DNA of 64,000 nucleotides from Dehalococcoidia bacterium (GTDB lineage: Bacteria > Chloroflexota > Dehalococcoidia > GIF9 > AB-539-J10), in assembly GCA_030612025.1 (NCBI GenBank), contig JAUWOR010000007.1, forward strand, positions 32,332 through 96,331, written 5' to 3'. A program made the translations under genes and the position numbers. Every line of letters begins with the position of its first letter. Position 1 is the stretch's first letter. Of this stretch, positions 39,476 to 49,979 are shown in pieces. Below the pieces are notes generated by a model. That model was not told the origin of the DNA. It ran no database searches and saw only the letters and a list, made by a program, of their open reading frames with translations.

Positions 39476-40701
39476 CCGATCCTTCATTCTTCAGGACAGG
39501 CTTCAAATTTAGCTCCCTCCTAAAGCGAGGGGTAGCTGAAGTCATCGTCGAACAGGAGCTGATACAGCTACTAGAATCAGGAAAACGCCTAAGGTTAAAA
39601 CAAGGTTTTGACCCCAGCACCACAGATATCCACCTAGGACATGTAGCTGGTTTGAGGAAATTGCGCCAGTTTCAAGAGCTAGGACATAAAGTCATTCTCA
39701 TAGTTGGTGACTGGACAGCACGAATTGGAGACCCAAGCGGTCAATCAGCTACTCGCCCCATGCTTTCTCAAAAAGAAGTAGAGGCTAATGCCCAAACTTA
39801 TTTGAGACAATTCTTCAAAGTGGTAGATAAGGATAAAACGGAAGTAAGATGGCAAAGCGAGTGGTACGACAAATTCACTCTAAACGAGGTAATTAAACTC
39901 ACGAGCAGATTTACTATAGCGCAACTTTTAGCTAGGGAAGATTTCAATAAAAGATATAGCTCTGGCAATCCTATTTCTCTAACCGAGATGCTCTATCCCT
40001 TACTCCAGGGTTATGACTCAGTAGTTATCAAAGCTGATGTCGAATTTGGCGGTACTGACCAGAAATTTAATTGCCTCCTAGGTAGAGAACTACAGCAGTC
40101 CATGGGCCAGTCTCCTCAACAGGTTTTCCTCGTTCCCCTTCTCATTGGCACTGATGGCAGCCAGAAGATGAGCAAGAGCCTGGGTAACCATATAGGTATT
40201 GACGAACCACCCCGGGAAATGTATAGCAAGGTAATGTCTATTCCTGACCATCTTATCATCGATTATTTTGAATTAGTAACTGATGTCCCAGATGAAGAAA
40301 TCGCTGAATTTAAGAAGCAGTTGAATACCCACTCAGTTAACCCCATAAAGCTTAAAAAACGGTTGGCCTATGAAATTGCAACACAATTCCATGGTCATAA
40401 GGCAGCAAGCGAGGCAGAAGAGTACTTTACTAAAGTATTTCAGAAAAGAGAAATACCAGAGGAGATCCCCGAATATGTTTTTGCAGCTAGCTATACCAAG
40501 GACAGGCTATACCATATTGATATCGCTCCAACTCTACTTCAAGAGGGACTGGTTAAAAGCAATAGTGAATTGAAGCGCTTACTGACTCAAGGAGCAATTG
40601 AGCTAGACGGTGAAAAGATAAGCAGTAGTCTCATTGCTGCTCATAGTGGCAGCATCCTTAGAATAGGGAGGCGCCGTTTTGTCAAGATAGCCATCAAATA
40701 A
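39472..40701 (+). CDS. tyrS: Tyrosine--tRNA ligase
   Basis: GFDPS..IHLGH, GGTDQ, KMSKS, S4 domain. Confidence 0.97.
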   Translation: MTDPSFFRTGFKFSSLLKRGVAEVIVEQELIQLLESGKRLRLKQGFDPSTTDIHLGHVAGLRKLRQFQELGHKVILIVGDWTARIGDPSGQSATRPMLSQKEVEANAQTYLRQFFKVVDKDKTEVRWQSEWYDKFTLNEVIKLTSRFTIAQLLAREDFNKRYSSGNPISLTEMLYPLLQGYDSVVIKADVEFGGTDQKFNCLLGRELQQSMGQSPQQVFLVPLLIGTDGSQKMSKSLGNHIGIDEPPREMYSKVMSIPDHLIIDYFELVTDVPDEEIAEFKKQLNTHSVNPIKLKKRLAYEIATQFHGHKAASEAEEYFTKVFQKREIPEEIPEYVFAASYTKDRLYHIDIAPTLLQEGLVKSNSELKRLLTQGAIELDGEKISSSLIAAHSGSILRIGRRRFVKIAIK

Positions 40702-40713
40702 AATGCACTCTTA

Positions 40714-40811
40714 TGTCATCTTGAGCCCTTCACTTCCTGTCATTCTGAGGAAGCGAAGCGACCGAAGAATCTCGCTCAGGGTAAACTCCGCGAAGGGTCT
40801 AAGGAATGACA
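40714..40811. repeat. REP-like TGTCATTCTGAG...GAAGAATCT element
   Basis: Family members at 41913-41940, 46099-46249, 53361-53448. Confidence 0.75.
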
Positions 40812-40837
40812 AGGAGGCGAACTGGAGGTAAATATAA

Positions 40838-41926
40838 ATGCAGCTGCGTATACCAGGACCGACACCTTGCCCACCGCAAGCCCTTCAAGCTATGGGCAAA
40901 CAGATGATAAGTCACCGAGGTAAGGAATTTGGCAACATCCTTAACTCAATAACAGAAAAACTAAAACAAGTATTCCAAACCAAGGGAGATGTTCTTACCC
41001 TTACGTGTGCAGGTACCGGTGGCCTGGAAGCAGCTATTGTCAATACCTTGTCGCCAGGTGACAAGATTTTGGCAGTATCTTGTGGCGTCTTTGGTGACCG
41101 TTTCGCCGATATTGCCAAGCAATATGGGGCTAATGTGAAGTGCCTCAATTTTGAATGGGGAAAACCAGCCGACCCCGAAGCAATAGACAAAGCATTAAAA
41201 GCAGCTAATGGCATTAAGGCTGTGCTAGTAACTCATAATGAGACATCCACAGGAGTAACTAACGACCTTGCTAAAATAAGCTCTGTAGTCAAGGAATTTG
41301 ACAAGCTTCTTCTGGTGGATGCCGTCTCAAGCCTTGGCTGCATTGACTTACCTACAGATGACTGGCATTGCGATGTAGTTATCACCTGCTCTCAAAAGGG
41401 ATGGATGGCTCCTCCAGGGCTAGCCATGGTCAGTATGAGCAAAAAAGCCTGGCAAGCCTATGTCACCGCTAAAATGCCACGCTATTATTGGGATTTCGGC
41501 AAAGCTAAAGATTACTTACAAAAGGGGCAAACGCCATGGACTCCAGCCATTTCCATTTGTTATGCTCTAAACGCCAACCTAGATTTAATGCTAAGCGAGG
41601 GATTGCCTAACATATTCGCCCGGCATGCTAGAGTAGCCCAGCTGACCAGAAAGGGGGTAAGGTCATTGGGATTATCTCTTTTCTCACCAGACAGCCATGC
41701 CTCCAATACCGTGACAGCGGTGAGAGCCAGTGATAAGCTTGATGTGTCTAAATTAATTCAGGTTCTCAGAGACGAATATGATGTAGTTATTGCCGGAGGG
41801 CAAAAAAAACTATCAGGCAAAATCTTTCGCATTGGTCATCTTGGCTTGGTTGAAGAGAACGACATTAAAACAGTATTAGAAGCATTAGCCAAGGCTTTGC
41901 CCTCTGCTTACCGTCATTCTAAGTGA
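40838..41926 (+). CDS. Class V aminotransferase (alanine-glyoxylate / serine-pyruvate family)
   Basis: IPGPT, HNETSTG, VDAVSS, SQKG, FRIGH; adjacent to serA. Confidence 0.93.
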   Translation: MQLRIPGPTPCPPQALQAMGKQMISHRGKEFGNILNSITEKLKQVFQTKGDVLTLTCAGTGGLEAAIVNTLSPGDKILAVSCGVFGDRFADIAKQYGANVKCLNFEWGKPADPEAIDKALKAANGIKAVLVTHNETSTGVTNDLAKISSVVKEFDKLLLVDAVSSLGCIDLPTDDWHCDVVITCSQKGWMAPPGLAMVSMSKKAWQAYVTAKMPRYYWDFGKAKDYLQKGQTPWTPAISICYALNANLDLMLSEGLPNIFARHARVAQLTRKGVRSLGLSLFSPDSHASNTVTAVRASDKLDVSKLIQVLRDEYDVVIAGGQKKLSGKIFRIGHLGLVEENDIKTVLEALAKALPSAYRHSK

Positions 41927-41957
41927 AGCGAAGAATCTCGGGATTGAAGCTCAGAAG

Positions 41958-42944
41958 ATGCAAATTTTAGTTGCTGACCCAATCGCTGAAGAAGGACTAG
42001 AAATCCTTCGCCATTATGCTCAAGTTGACATCAAACCCAAATTGAAGCCTGAAGAGCTTAAAGCCATAATTGGCAATTACGATGCTCTAATTGTGCGCAG
42101 TCAAACTCAAGTTCCCGCCGAAATTATTGACGCTGGGGAGAAACTTAAGGTAATTGGCCGAGCGGGAGTGGGCCTAGATAATATTGACGTTGCTGCTGCT
42201 ACTAAAAAAGGTATAGTGGTAGTTAACGCTCCTACTGCTAACACTGTTTCCGCCGCTGAACATACTATTGCTCTTATGCTCGCCCTGTCACGTAATATAC
42301 CTAAAGCTAATAGTCAACTTAAATCAGGCAGATGGCAAAGAAAAGAACTAGTAGGCACTGAACTTAGAAATAAAACTTTGGGCATAATCGGTTTAGGTAA
42401 CGTAGGCTCAGAGGTAGCTAAACGGGCTCAAGCATTTGAAATGTGTGTTATCGCACACGATCCCTTTGTCTCTACAAATTATGCCCGCAAACTCAAAGTG
42501 GACTTAGTTCCCCTCGACCAACTTCTGGAACAATCTGATTTTATCACCCTTCATGTGCCACTAACAGCAACTACCAAGGGGTTAATAGGTGCTGAAGAGC
42601 TAGCGAAGGTAAAACCAACAGTTCGGATTATTAATTGCGCCCGAGGTGGGTTGGTTGACGAAGAGGCAGTAGTTAAAGCAATTGAAGATGGGAAAATAGC
42701 CGGTGCTGCTTTCGACGTTTTCAGCACCGAGCCAGTAACCGACAGCTCCCGGTTTAAGAGTGACAAAATAGTTGTTACTCCCCATCTTGGTGCCTCCACA
42801 ATCGAAGCTCAGGCTAATGTCGCCAAAGACATCGCTGAGCAAGTTTTGACAGTGCTTCAAGGAGAGCGCCCTCGCTATGCTGTCAATACCCCATATTTTG
42901 GCTTCAGCTCTGGGAAGAAAAACACTCATGATTTTATCCCCTAA
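41958..42944 (+). CDS. serA: D-3-phosphoglycerate dehydrogenase, short form lacking ASB/ACT
   Basis: GRAGVGLDNID, GLGNVG, INCARGG, TPHLGAST. Confidence 0.88.
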   Translation: MQILVADPIAEEGLEILRHYAQVDIKPKLKPEELKAIIGNYDALIVRSQTQVPAEIIDAGEKLKVIGRAGVGLDNIDVAAATKKGIVVVNAPTANTVSAAEHTIALMLALSRNIPKANSQLKSGRWQRKELVGTELRNKTLGIIGLGNVGSEVAKRAQAFEMCVIAHDPFVSTNYARKLKVDLVPLDQLLEQSDFITLHVPLTATTKGLIGAEELAKVKPTVRIINCARGGLVDEEAVVKAIEDGKIAGAAFDVFSTEPVTDSSRFKSDKIVVTPHLGASTIEAQANVAKDIAEQVLTVLQGERPRYAVNTPYFGFSSGKKNTHDFIP

Positions 42945-45178
42945 GGAGCCACATTTAATAACTGCTTTAATCCATTCCGCCATGCCTTTCCTATCTTAGC
43001 CAAAGGCAAATCGATATAACCTTTCACTGATAGGCGCTTACCGCCGACCATCCCCAGCAAAGTTAACGGCACATGCCACTTGGTAGCTATCCTATCTAAC
43101 TTTGCCACCGAACCAGGCGCTACCGATATCACAACACGCGATTGAAGCTCACCAAAGAAAACAGAATCCAGCCTTCCCATTACCTTCCAGCTTGTCCCCC
43201 TAAAGCCAATATCACCAGCAAGGCAACTTTCCGCAATAGCTACCGCCGCTCCACCCTCAGAGCAATCATGAGCTGACTTGACAACCCCATGCTCTACGGC
43301 TTCCAGACAACAACGCTGCACCCTCATTTCCAAATCTAAATCAATAGAAGGTTTCCCCTTCACCAAGCCATGCACCAGTTCCAGATATTCACTGCCCCCA
43401 AGACCATCTTCTACACCACCACCAAGCAGAAATACCAAATCACCCTCGTCTTTAAAAGACATAGTGCAATGTCTATTTATGTCGCTGAGCAACCCCACCA
43501 TACCCACTATCGGGGTAGGATAGATAGCTTGACCTTTAGTCTCGTTGTAAAGACTAACATTACCGCTAATAACTGGAATTCCTAGTTCTCGACATGCCCT
43601 CGCCATGCCCTTGATACAATTTTTCAGTTGATAATAGACATCACCCTTTTCTGGATCACCAAAATTAAGGCAATCGGTGATAGCTAAAGGTTCAGCACCA
43701 CTGCAAACTAAATTTCGAGCCGCCTCAGCTACAGCAATCACACCACCCAAGTAAGGGTCAAGATAGCAATACCGTCCATTACCATCGGTAGTCAAGGAAA
43801 TACCTTTCTTAGTGCCCTTGATGCGCAAAACAGCGGCATCGCTGCCGGGAGGAACCACAGTATTACCCATTGCTTGATGGTCATATTGGCGATAAACACA
43901 CTCCTTGCTGGCAATATTAGGCGAAGCCAGTAAACGAAGCAGGGTGGAATTGCATTGCTTCGGCTTAAGATCAGGGACAGTGCTCATGTCCAAAGATTGA
44001 AATCCAGCAAGCCAACTTGGCTTTTTGCTTCGCAGCCGATACAAAGGTGGAGATACCAACAAATTCACCGGGACTTTAGCGACGATCTCCTCTCCTTCTC
44101 TAATTACAACCAAATTGTTATCGGTAACCTGACCAATGATATTAGAGCGTAGTCCCCAGCGGTCGAACAAGACTTTTACCTTACCTTCACAACCCTTTCT
44201 GCTTATTAGCAACATTCTCTCTTGTGATTCTGAGAGCATTACTTCATAAGAGGTCATGTTCTCCTCGCGACGAGGCACTTTAAGCACATCTAATTCCACT
44301 CCGCCTCCACCTCTAGCCGCAGACTCTGCCGTAGCAGCAGCCAACCCAGCAGCCCCCAAGTCCTGCATGCCTACAATCCAATCAGTCTGCGCTAATTCAA
44401 GGCACGCTTCAATGAGCAGTTTCTCCAGAGAGGGATTGCCTACCGGAACCACTGACTTCGTCTCTGGCTCACCCTCAAAAGCACGCGATGCTAGACCGGA
44501 AGCACCATGAATCCCGTCACGACCAGTGTCAGCTCCTACTAGCATCAACAAGTTACCTTCACCACTAGCCTTGGCTTTGACTAGTCTATCTTTCTCACAA
44601 ATGCCCAAACATAAGCCATTAACTAACGGATTGCCAGTATACCCATCAGCAAAAAATACTTCACCGCCTACACTAGGTATTCCTAGACAATTACCATAGT
44701 CGGCAAGGCCACCGACAACTCCATTAAATAAGTAGCGATTACTGGATTCGGTTAAAGGACCAAAACGAAGCGAGTTAAGCAAAGCTATAGGGCGAGCGCC
44801 CATAGTAAAGATATCGCGTACAACTCCACCTATCGCTGTAGCTGCACCTTGATATGGGTCAATTGCAGAGGGGTGATTGTGGGACTCTATTTTCATTACC
44901 ACCACCTGCCCATCACCAATATCCACCGCCCCAGCATTTTCCTCACCTGGACCGATTAAGACATGCTTGCCCCGCGAAGGCAAAAGCTTAAGCAAAGGTT
45001 TAGAATGTTTATAACCACAATGCTCGCTCCATAAAGAGCCGAACATGCCCAACTCTACCTCATTTGGCTCTCGCCCCAATTGCTGCACAATAAGGTTATA
45101 TTCCTTTTCGCTTAAAGCAACTTTATCCAGAGCTTCTTTAGAGATAGTCAATAATCGACTCCCAAATGAGATTGCCAT
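42941..45178 (-). CDS. purL: Phosphoribosylformylglycinamidine synthase subunit PurL
   Basis: WSEHC, ESHNHPS, QDLGAAGL, SESQERM, SGNVSLYN. Confidence 0.97.
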   Translation of the reverse strand: MAISFGSRLLTISKEALDKVALSEKEYNLIVQQLGREPNEVELGMFGSLWSEHCGYKHSKPLLKLLPSRGKHVLIGPGEENAGAVDIGDGQVVVMKIESHNHPSAIDPYQGAATAIGGVVRDIFTMGARPIALLNSLRFGPLTESSNRYLFNGVVGGLADYGNCLGIPSVGGEVFFADGYTGNPLVNGLCLGICEKDRLVKAKASGEGNLLMLVGADTGRDGIHGASGLASRAFEGEPETKSVVPVGNPSLEKLLIEACLELAQTDWIVGMQDLGAAGLAAATAESAARGGGGVELDVLKVPRREENMTSYEVMLSESQERMLLISRKGCEGKVKVLFDRWGLRSNIIGQVTDNNLVVIREGEEIVAKVPVNLLVSPPLYRLRSKKPSWLAGFQSLDMSTVPDLKPKQCNSTLLRLLASPNIASKECVYRQYDHQAMGNTVVPPGSDAAVLRIKGTKKGISLTTDGNGRYCYLDPYLGGVIAVAEAARNLVCSGAEPLAITDCLNFGDPEKGDVYYQLKNCIKGMARACRELGIPVISGNVSLYNETKGQAIYPTPIVGMVGLLSDINRHCTMSFKDEGDLVFLLGGGVEDGLGGSEYLELVHGLVKGKPSIDLDLEMRVQRCCLEAVEHGVVKSAHDCSEGGAAVAIAESCLAGDIGFRGTSWKVMGRLDSVFFGELQSRVVISVAPGSVAKLDRIATKWHVPLTLLGMVGGKRLSVKGYIDLPLAKIGKAWRNGLKQLLNVAP

Positions 45179-45313
45179 CTATATTGCCAAGAAGCGGCTC
45201 GCAAGCTCGCTCAGGATAGGGCATCACGCCTAAAACATTGCCCTCTTTACTACAAATAAAAACAATGACGGCATTATTTTACCGCCACGCACCATTTAAT
45301 TGCTAGAGCCTTT

Positions 45314-45340
45314 ACCCCGTGGAATAAATGTTCCACGGGG
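45314..45340. repeat. Palindromic hairpin accccgtggaa..ttccacgggg
   Basis: Perfect 10-bp stem; same accccgtg end as the 34-bp hairpins at 7588 and 7701; could act as a terminator. Confidence 0.55.
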
Positions 45341-45364
45341 GGACCCCTAAATATTGCTATAAAT

Positions 45365-45814
45365 TCAGAGGTTAGCAAGCAACTCTGAAACTACATCGCT
45401 AACTTCTTTACCACCAGCTTTACCCTTAAGCTTTGGCATAAGCTGAGACATAACTTTACCCTTGTCACTTATCCCTTTAGCTCCAATTGCGCCAATTGCT
45501 TGCTGTGCCACAGTTACAACCTCCTCACGACTCATCTGCTTGGGAAGATATCCCATAAGGATGGACAATTCTGCTTCTTCCTGAGCTACAAGATCGCTGC
45601 GATTCCCTCGCTTGAAAGCTTCAATGCTCTCCCGATGTCGCTTTACTTCCTTACCAATAACATCAAGAATTTCATTATCATCAAGGGGGGTCCGTTGAGC
45701 AATTTCAGCCTTCTTTATTTCGGATAAAAGCAACCTCACTATAGAAACCCGGACTCCATCATGTTGCTTTAGCGCTTCTTTGAGGTCTTCCCTTATCTTT
45801 TTCTCGCACTTCAC
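45365..45814 (-). CDS. GatB/YqeY domain protein
   Basis: DLKEALK, R.ESIEAF..G.R.DL, YLPKQMS, GKVM. Confidence 0.92.
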   Translation of the reverse strand: MKCEKKIREDLKEALKQHDGVRVSIVRLLLSEIKKAEIAQRTPLDDNEILDVIGKEVKRHRESIEAFKRGNRSDLVAQEEAELSILMGYLPKQMSREEVVTVAQQAIGAIGAKGISDKGKVMSQLMPKLKGKAGGKEVSDVVSELLANL

Positions 45815-45819
45815 CTTGG

Positions 45820-45996
45820 CTACTTAGAACTTTTTTGCCTCTTTATCGCTTCTTTTTTCTTGCGCTCTTCGCTGGGTTTCTCATAAAACCTGCGACGGCG
45901 AAACTCAGCTAAAATATTGTCGTGCTGCACTTGCCTGTTAAACCTGCGCAGCAAACTTTCAAAACTCTCACCTGAACCAAGTCTTACATCAGCCAT
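45820..45996 (-). CDS. rpsU: 30S ribosomal protein S21
   Basis: MADVRLGSGESFESLLRRF...RRRRFYEKPSEERKKK; absent from ORF track. Confidence 0.95.
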   Translation of the reverse strand: MADVRLGSGESFESLLRRFNRQVQHDNILAEFRRRRFYEKPSEERKKKEAIKRQKSSK

Positions 45997-46098
45997 ATTA
46001 CAGCATATCTGTCTTCATACAAAACACTATATTTTATCCATCACAGCCTAACTATGTCAAGCATTCTTAGGCGAGATTGTTTTAGTAACCTCGTTTTT

Positions 46099-46249
46099 TG
46101 TCATTCTGAGCCCTATGGGCGAGGAATCTCTTAATAGACTCTTCGCGGAGCTTGTCCTGAGAAAGATTCTTCGGTCGCTGACCCTTTCGCTATACTCAGG
46201 GCTTCGGCTCTTCCCCAGAATGACAAGAGGCGAAGGACTCAGAATGACA
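46099..46249. repeat. REP-like GTCATTCTGAG composite inverted element
   Basis: tgtcattctgag ... ctcagaatgaca. Confidence 0.75.
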
Positions 46250-46383
46250 ATTTGCTGTTAATAAACACTCTCTTTAAGCGATATAACGATTTGCGAGGAG
46301 GGAGGCAGCAATGACAAGCAAGAGTGATGATATAATGATATCAGTTATAATGGATTTTGAATCAACCTGAAATGAGCTAACTA

Positions 46384-47679
46384 ATGAACCTTGCTTCACA
46401 AATTGAACACTATCTACCTCAACAACTCCTAGAGTTGGCTAGAAATATTAGCTTGGAGGCTGAGCGACTGGGGCAAAAGATATATCTTGTTGGCGGTGTG
46501 GTACGAGACTTGCTTCTAGGTTATCCTAATTTCGACCTAGATTTGGTAATCGAAGGTGATGCCGTAAAGTTAGCACGGCGGATAGCTAAAATTAGTGACA
46601 CAAAGTTGATTATACATCCTCGCTTTGGCACTGCTAAGCTTAGCTACAGCAATTTCACTTTAGACATGGCTACTGCGCGAGGTGAAACTTATGCCAGGCC
46701 AGGCGCATTACCAACAGTTACCCCAGGTTCCCTCAACGGCGATCTCTTTCGCCGGGATTTCTCCATCAATGCCATGGCTATATCCCTCAACCAAAACAAT
46801 TACGGAGAATTGATCGACCCCTATCAGGGTAAAAACGATCTAGAGCACCATCTTATCCGCATTCTGCACCCAAGGAGTTTCAGCGACGATGCCACTAGAA
46901 TTTTACGAGCTATCCGCTACGAGCAACGACTGGAATTTGAGCTCGAACCACAAACTGCACAGCTGCTTAAACGGGATATTCCTATGCTAAATGCCATAAG
47001 CGGTGACCGCATAAGACATGAACTGGAGCTAATACTCAGGGAGAGATATCCCGAATATGCCATTAAACGACTTGGCGAGCTAGGAGTGCTGCAGAGGATA
47101 AATCCGTCTCTCAACTATGATGGCTGGATTGCCAAGAAATTTGATAAAGCACGGTCACTTAATAAACCTAGCCAACTCCCCTCACTTTATCTATGTCTTC
47201 TTGTTTACCCTCTTGATGAAAGGGGAAATGAGCAGTTCATCCACCGTCTTAATATACCCAAAAAATTAGCCTGCGCATTGCGTGATACACTTCGCTTAAA
47301 GAGTCAACTTCACCTCCTAGACAAATCTTCCCTGAAATATAGTGAAATTTATTACTTACTTCATGAGTATGACCTATTAGCTATCCAGACCAACGCCATA
47401 GCCTCAGAATCTTCAGTTGTGTGTTCCAATCTCGAGCTGTTTTTAACTAAATTGAGGTACGTAAAGACCTCCCTCAACGGAGAGGAGCTAAAAAGGCTAG
47501 GTATTTCCGCCGGGCCAGAGTTAGGGAAAATCCTCCAAATACTACATAAGGCGAAATTGGATGGAGAGGTCAAGAATAAGGCAGAAGAAGAAAAACTAGC
47601 ACTATTACGGAAACCACAAGGGCAAGAGACGGAAGATTCTCTGACCAAAGTAACAAAACAAAACGTGATTATCCCTTGA
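46384..47679 (+). CDS. CCA tRNA nucleotidyltransferase / poly(A) polymerase family
   Basis: VGGVVRD, DLD, RRDFSINAMA, DDATRILRA; stop lies inside the IS left end. Confidence 0.93.
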   Translation: MNLASQIEHYLPQQLLELARNISLEAERLGQKIYLVGGVVRDLLLGYPNFDLDLVIEGDAVKLARRIAKISDTKLIIHPRFGTAKLSYSNFTLDMATARGETYARPGALPTVTPGSLNGDLFRRDFSINAMAISLNQNNYGELIDPYQGKNDLEHHLIRILHPRSFSDDATRILRAIRYEQRLEFELEPQTAQLLKRDIPMLNAISGDRIRHELELILRERYPEYAIKRLGELGVLQRINPSLNYDGWIAKKFDKARSLNKPSQLPSLYLCLLVYPLDERGNEQFIHRLNIPKKLACALRDTLRLKSQLHLLDKSSLKYSEIYYLLHEYDLLAIQTNAIASESSVVCSNLELFLTKLRYVKTSLNGEELKRLGISAGPELGKILQILHKAKLDGEVKNKAEEEKLALLRKPQGQETEDSLTKVTKQNVIIP

Positions 47680-47710
47680 CAACAAGTAAGCCCTATGCTA
47701 TAATAGAAAC

Positions 47711-48559
47711 ATGAAGAAATATACAATAGTAGATTTTAACATAGATTTCCCAGATGATGATGCTTGCTTAGAATGGTTAAAGAACTATCTTTATCCAAGT
47801 GGTATCTTCTGCAAGCAATGTGGAATGACCACAACACATCATAAAGTAGGCAAACGGCTGTGCTATGCTTGCAGTCGGTGCGGTAGCCATGTTTACCCAA
47901 TGGTAGGAACTATCTTTGAGAAATCCGTTACACCGCTCAAGCTCTGGTTCTATGCTATCTTCCTGATAAGCTCCACTCGCTGCGGTATATCAGCTAAGCA
48001 ACTTCAACGAGAGTTAGGAGTTACTTACAAAACAGCTTGGCGTATGTTCCATTCAATCCGCTCATTATTACAAGAAGAGATTAAACCTATGTCCGGCGAA
48101 GTTGAAATGGATGAAACCTATATCGGCGGGAAAGGACGTGGCAAGCGTGGGCGTGGTGCTGAGAACAAAACGCCGGTATTCGGTATGGTTCAACGTAAGG
48201 GTACAGTTAAAGCTTTGAAAACTAGAGACTTAAAGAGTGCTACAGTCTATCCGCTTGTTAGGGCTCATATTCTCCCGCAGAGTATGATTTACACAGATGA
48301 ATTTACTACATACGACAGCTTGAAGAAACAAGGTTATCATCATAAACGAGTGCAGCACGCCTCAAAAGTCTATGTCTCTGGCAATGCACATACCAACACA
48401 ATTGAAGGCTTTTGGAGCGTATTAAAACGTAGTATTGATGGCGTTTACCACGCCGTAAGTGAGAAGCATCTACAAAGTTATATCAACGAGTATAGCTTTA
48501 GATACAATCATCGTGGAGATGAGAAGCCTATGTTTAAGACGATTTTGGAGAAGGTTTAG
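47711..48559 (+). CDS. IS1595 family DDE transposase
   Basis: Same motifs as 21070-21918; ~84% aa identity by manual count. Confidence 0.95.
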   Translation: MKKYTIVDFNIDFPDDDACLEWLKNYLYPSGIFCKQCGMTTTHHKVGKRLCYACSRCGSHVYPMVGTIFEKSVTPLKLWFYAIFLISSTRCGISAKQLQRELGVTYKTAWRMFHSIRSLLQEEIKPMSGEVEMDETYIGGKGRGKRGRGAENKTPVFGMVQRKGTVKALKTRDLKSATVYPLVRAHILPQSMIYTDEFTTYDSLKKQGYHHKRVQHASKVYVSGNAHTNTIEGFWSVLKRSIDGVYHAVSEKHLQSYINEYSFRYNHRGDEKPMFKTILEKV

Positions 48560-48650
48560 GCTTCTTAATAGGCCGACAAGCCTTCTTTAAGGCAATCTCA
48601 AAATCCTGCCTTGGTAGAGATAGTTTCTTGACATCTATTTGTTTAACCAT
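48534..48650 (-). CDS. 38-aa antisense microprotein overlapping the transposase 3' end
   Basis: MVKQIDVKKLSLPRQDFEIALKKACRPIKKPKPSPKSS; 21/38 identical to copy 1. Confidence 0.6.
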   Translation of the reverse strand: MVKQIDVKKLSLPRQDFEIALKKACRPIKKPKPSPKSS

Positions 48651-48733
48651 TGCGGATTATCCAACTCTAGATTCAAGCACATCTCTTAGTATTGTTATCA
48701 GTAAGCCCATAGAAACAGTGACTTGGATTATAT

Positions 48734-48976
48734 TCACTCAGTATATACCTTGACCCCAAGGCCCTTCAGTATATTCTTTACAATTTCAATCGCTGGCAGG
48801 TCATTTAATTTGACTCCTTCACTTACTGCAAGTAGGTCTACCCCCACAGGTTTCCCAGGGTTTATAGAATAATCAACGAGACGATTATCATCAAGTTCCT
48901 TAGTATATCCAATAGGTTCACTATTCAACTGAATATAGACAGCATCTGCTACTGGGTCGCTTTCTACGTGTAACAT
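48734..48976 (-). CDS. DUF2283 domain protein (putative antitoxin)
   Basis: D..ADAVYI.L, T.ELD....VDY...GKPVGVDLL; GGAGG RBS. Confidence 0.85.
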   Translation of the reverse strand: MLHVESDPVADAVYIQLNSEPIGYTKELDDNRLVDYSINPGKPVGVDLLAVSEGVKLNDLPAIEIVKNILKGLGVKVYTE

Positions 48977-48996
48977 ATTATCCTCCTAATCCTATA

Positions 48997-49230
48997 TTAC
49001 ATATAAGTAAATACGTCCACCACAATAATAGGCTTAGCACAAACATTCCTCACCCTAACCTTCATATTCCGACCATCTGGGAGTTTGCATACCCAAACTG
49101 TATCTCCTCCAACCTTGTATGTCCTGGTTTGGTGAAACTTGCAAAACCAAACATGTGCTTCACTAAGGACACGAGCAGACATACGAGATAATGCATAACT
49201 CGTAAACTCCACAGATTTATCTTGTGCCAC
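48997..49230 (-). CDS. DUF4258-like putative toxin (usual His appears as Tyr)
   Basis: FTSYALSRM..R versus usual FxxHAxxRMxxR; IIVVDVF; upstream of DUF2283. Confidence 0.6.
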   Translation of the reverse strand: MAQDKSVEFTSYALSRMSARVLSEAHVWFCKFHQTRTYKVGGDTVWVCKLPDGRNMKVRVRNVCAKPIIVVDVFTYM

Positions 49231-49425
49231 AACGCTCGCAGATTATCTCCCATACCGATACTATCGGTATGCCTTAAATACTAGTGATATTGTTACTCTA
49301 TGAAACAATATATACATTGTGTTGCATTTGTCAAGTTTTTGTCCATGTTTTTCCATATTTTGTCGGTTACTACGCTTGACACCCCCCATTATAGTAGTAT
49401 AATCCCAATTAGAGGAGGTGATATT

Positions 49426-49737
49426 ATGGCGGATAAATGTACGTGGATGGGTGCATCTGGCAAGGAATACTTATACGACATCTATCCAATAAATACTGAT
49501 TGGAATGATGTGTCAGGAAACTATATCTTTGCGAAGGAGCCCTCACCCCATAAGTGGCAAGCCGTATACATAGGTGAAACGGAAAGCTTCAAGGACCGAC
49601 TACCCACCCATAATGAATTACCATGTATTAAGCGTAATGGGGGTACGCATGTACACACCCATACTAACAGCAATAGTCGTGCCAGATTAGACGAAGAGAA
49701 AGATTTGCTTGCCAACAATACGACCCCGTGTAACTAA
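49426..49737 (+). CDS. Stand-alone GIY-YIG nuclease-like protein
   Basis: GNYIF...VYIGET....RL..H...E..L.....P.N; own TTGACA/TATAAT promoter and GGAGG RBS. Confidence 0.8.
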   Translation: MADKCTWMGASGKEYLYDIYPINTDWNDVSGNYIFAKEPSPHKWQAVYIGETESFKDRLPTHNELPCIKRNGGTHVHTHTNSNSRARLDEEKDLLANNTTPCN

Positions 49738-49979
49738 TAATCTAGTAGACCTTTTTTGACCAGTTTCCCTATTTGTCGTGCGGCTTGTTTAGGGATATGC
49801 TTAACAGGCTGCCATTGCCCTGTTTCCGTAGGGGATAGCACCACAAAGCAATGGTCATCTATGGTAATACCACATTTGCAGTTATGTCCAACATCGACTA
49901 ACCATTCTGGTTGCCAATTAGGTTTAACATCTACTATGTCCTCTTGCGCTTGTATAACCATAATACCTCCATTTATCAT
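49734..49979 (-). CDS. Small hypothetical protein (CxC..HC)
   Basis: ORF track; GGAGG before MVIQAQ. Confidence 0.55.
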   Translation of the reverse strand: MINGGIMVIQAQEDIVDVKPNWQPEWLVDVGHNCKCGITIDDHCFVVLSPTETGQWQPVKHIPKQAARQIGKLVKKGLLDY

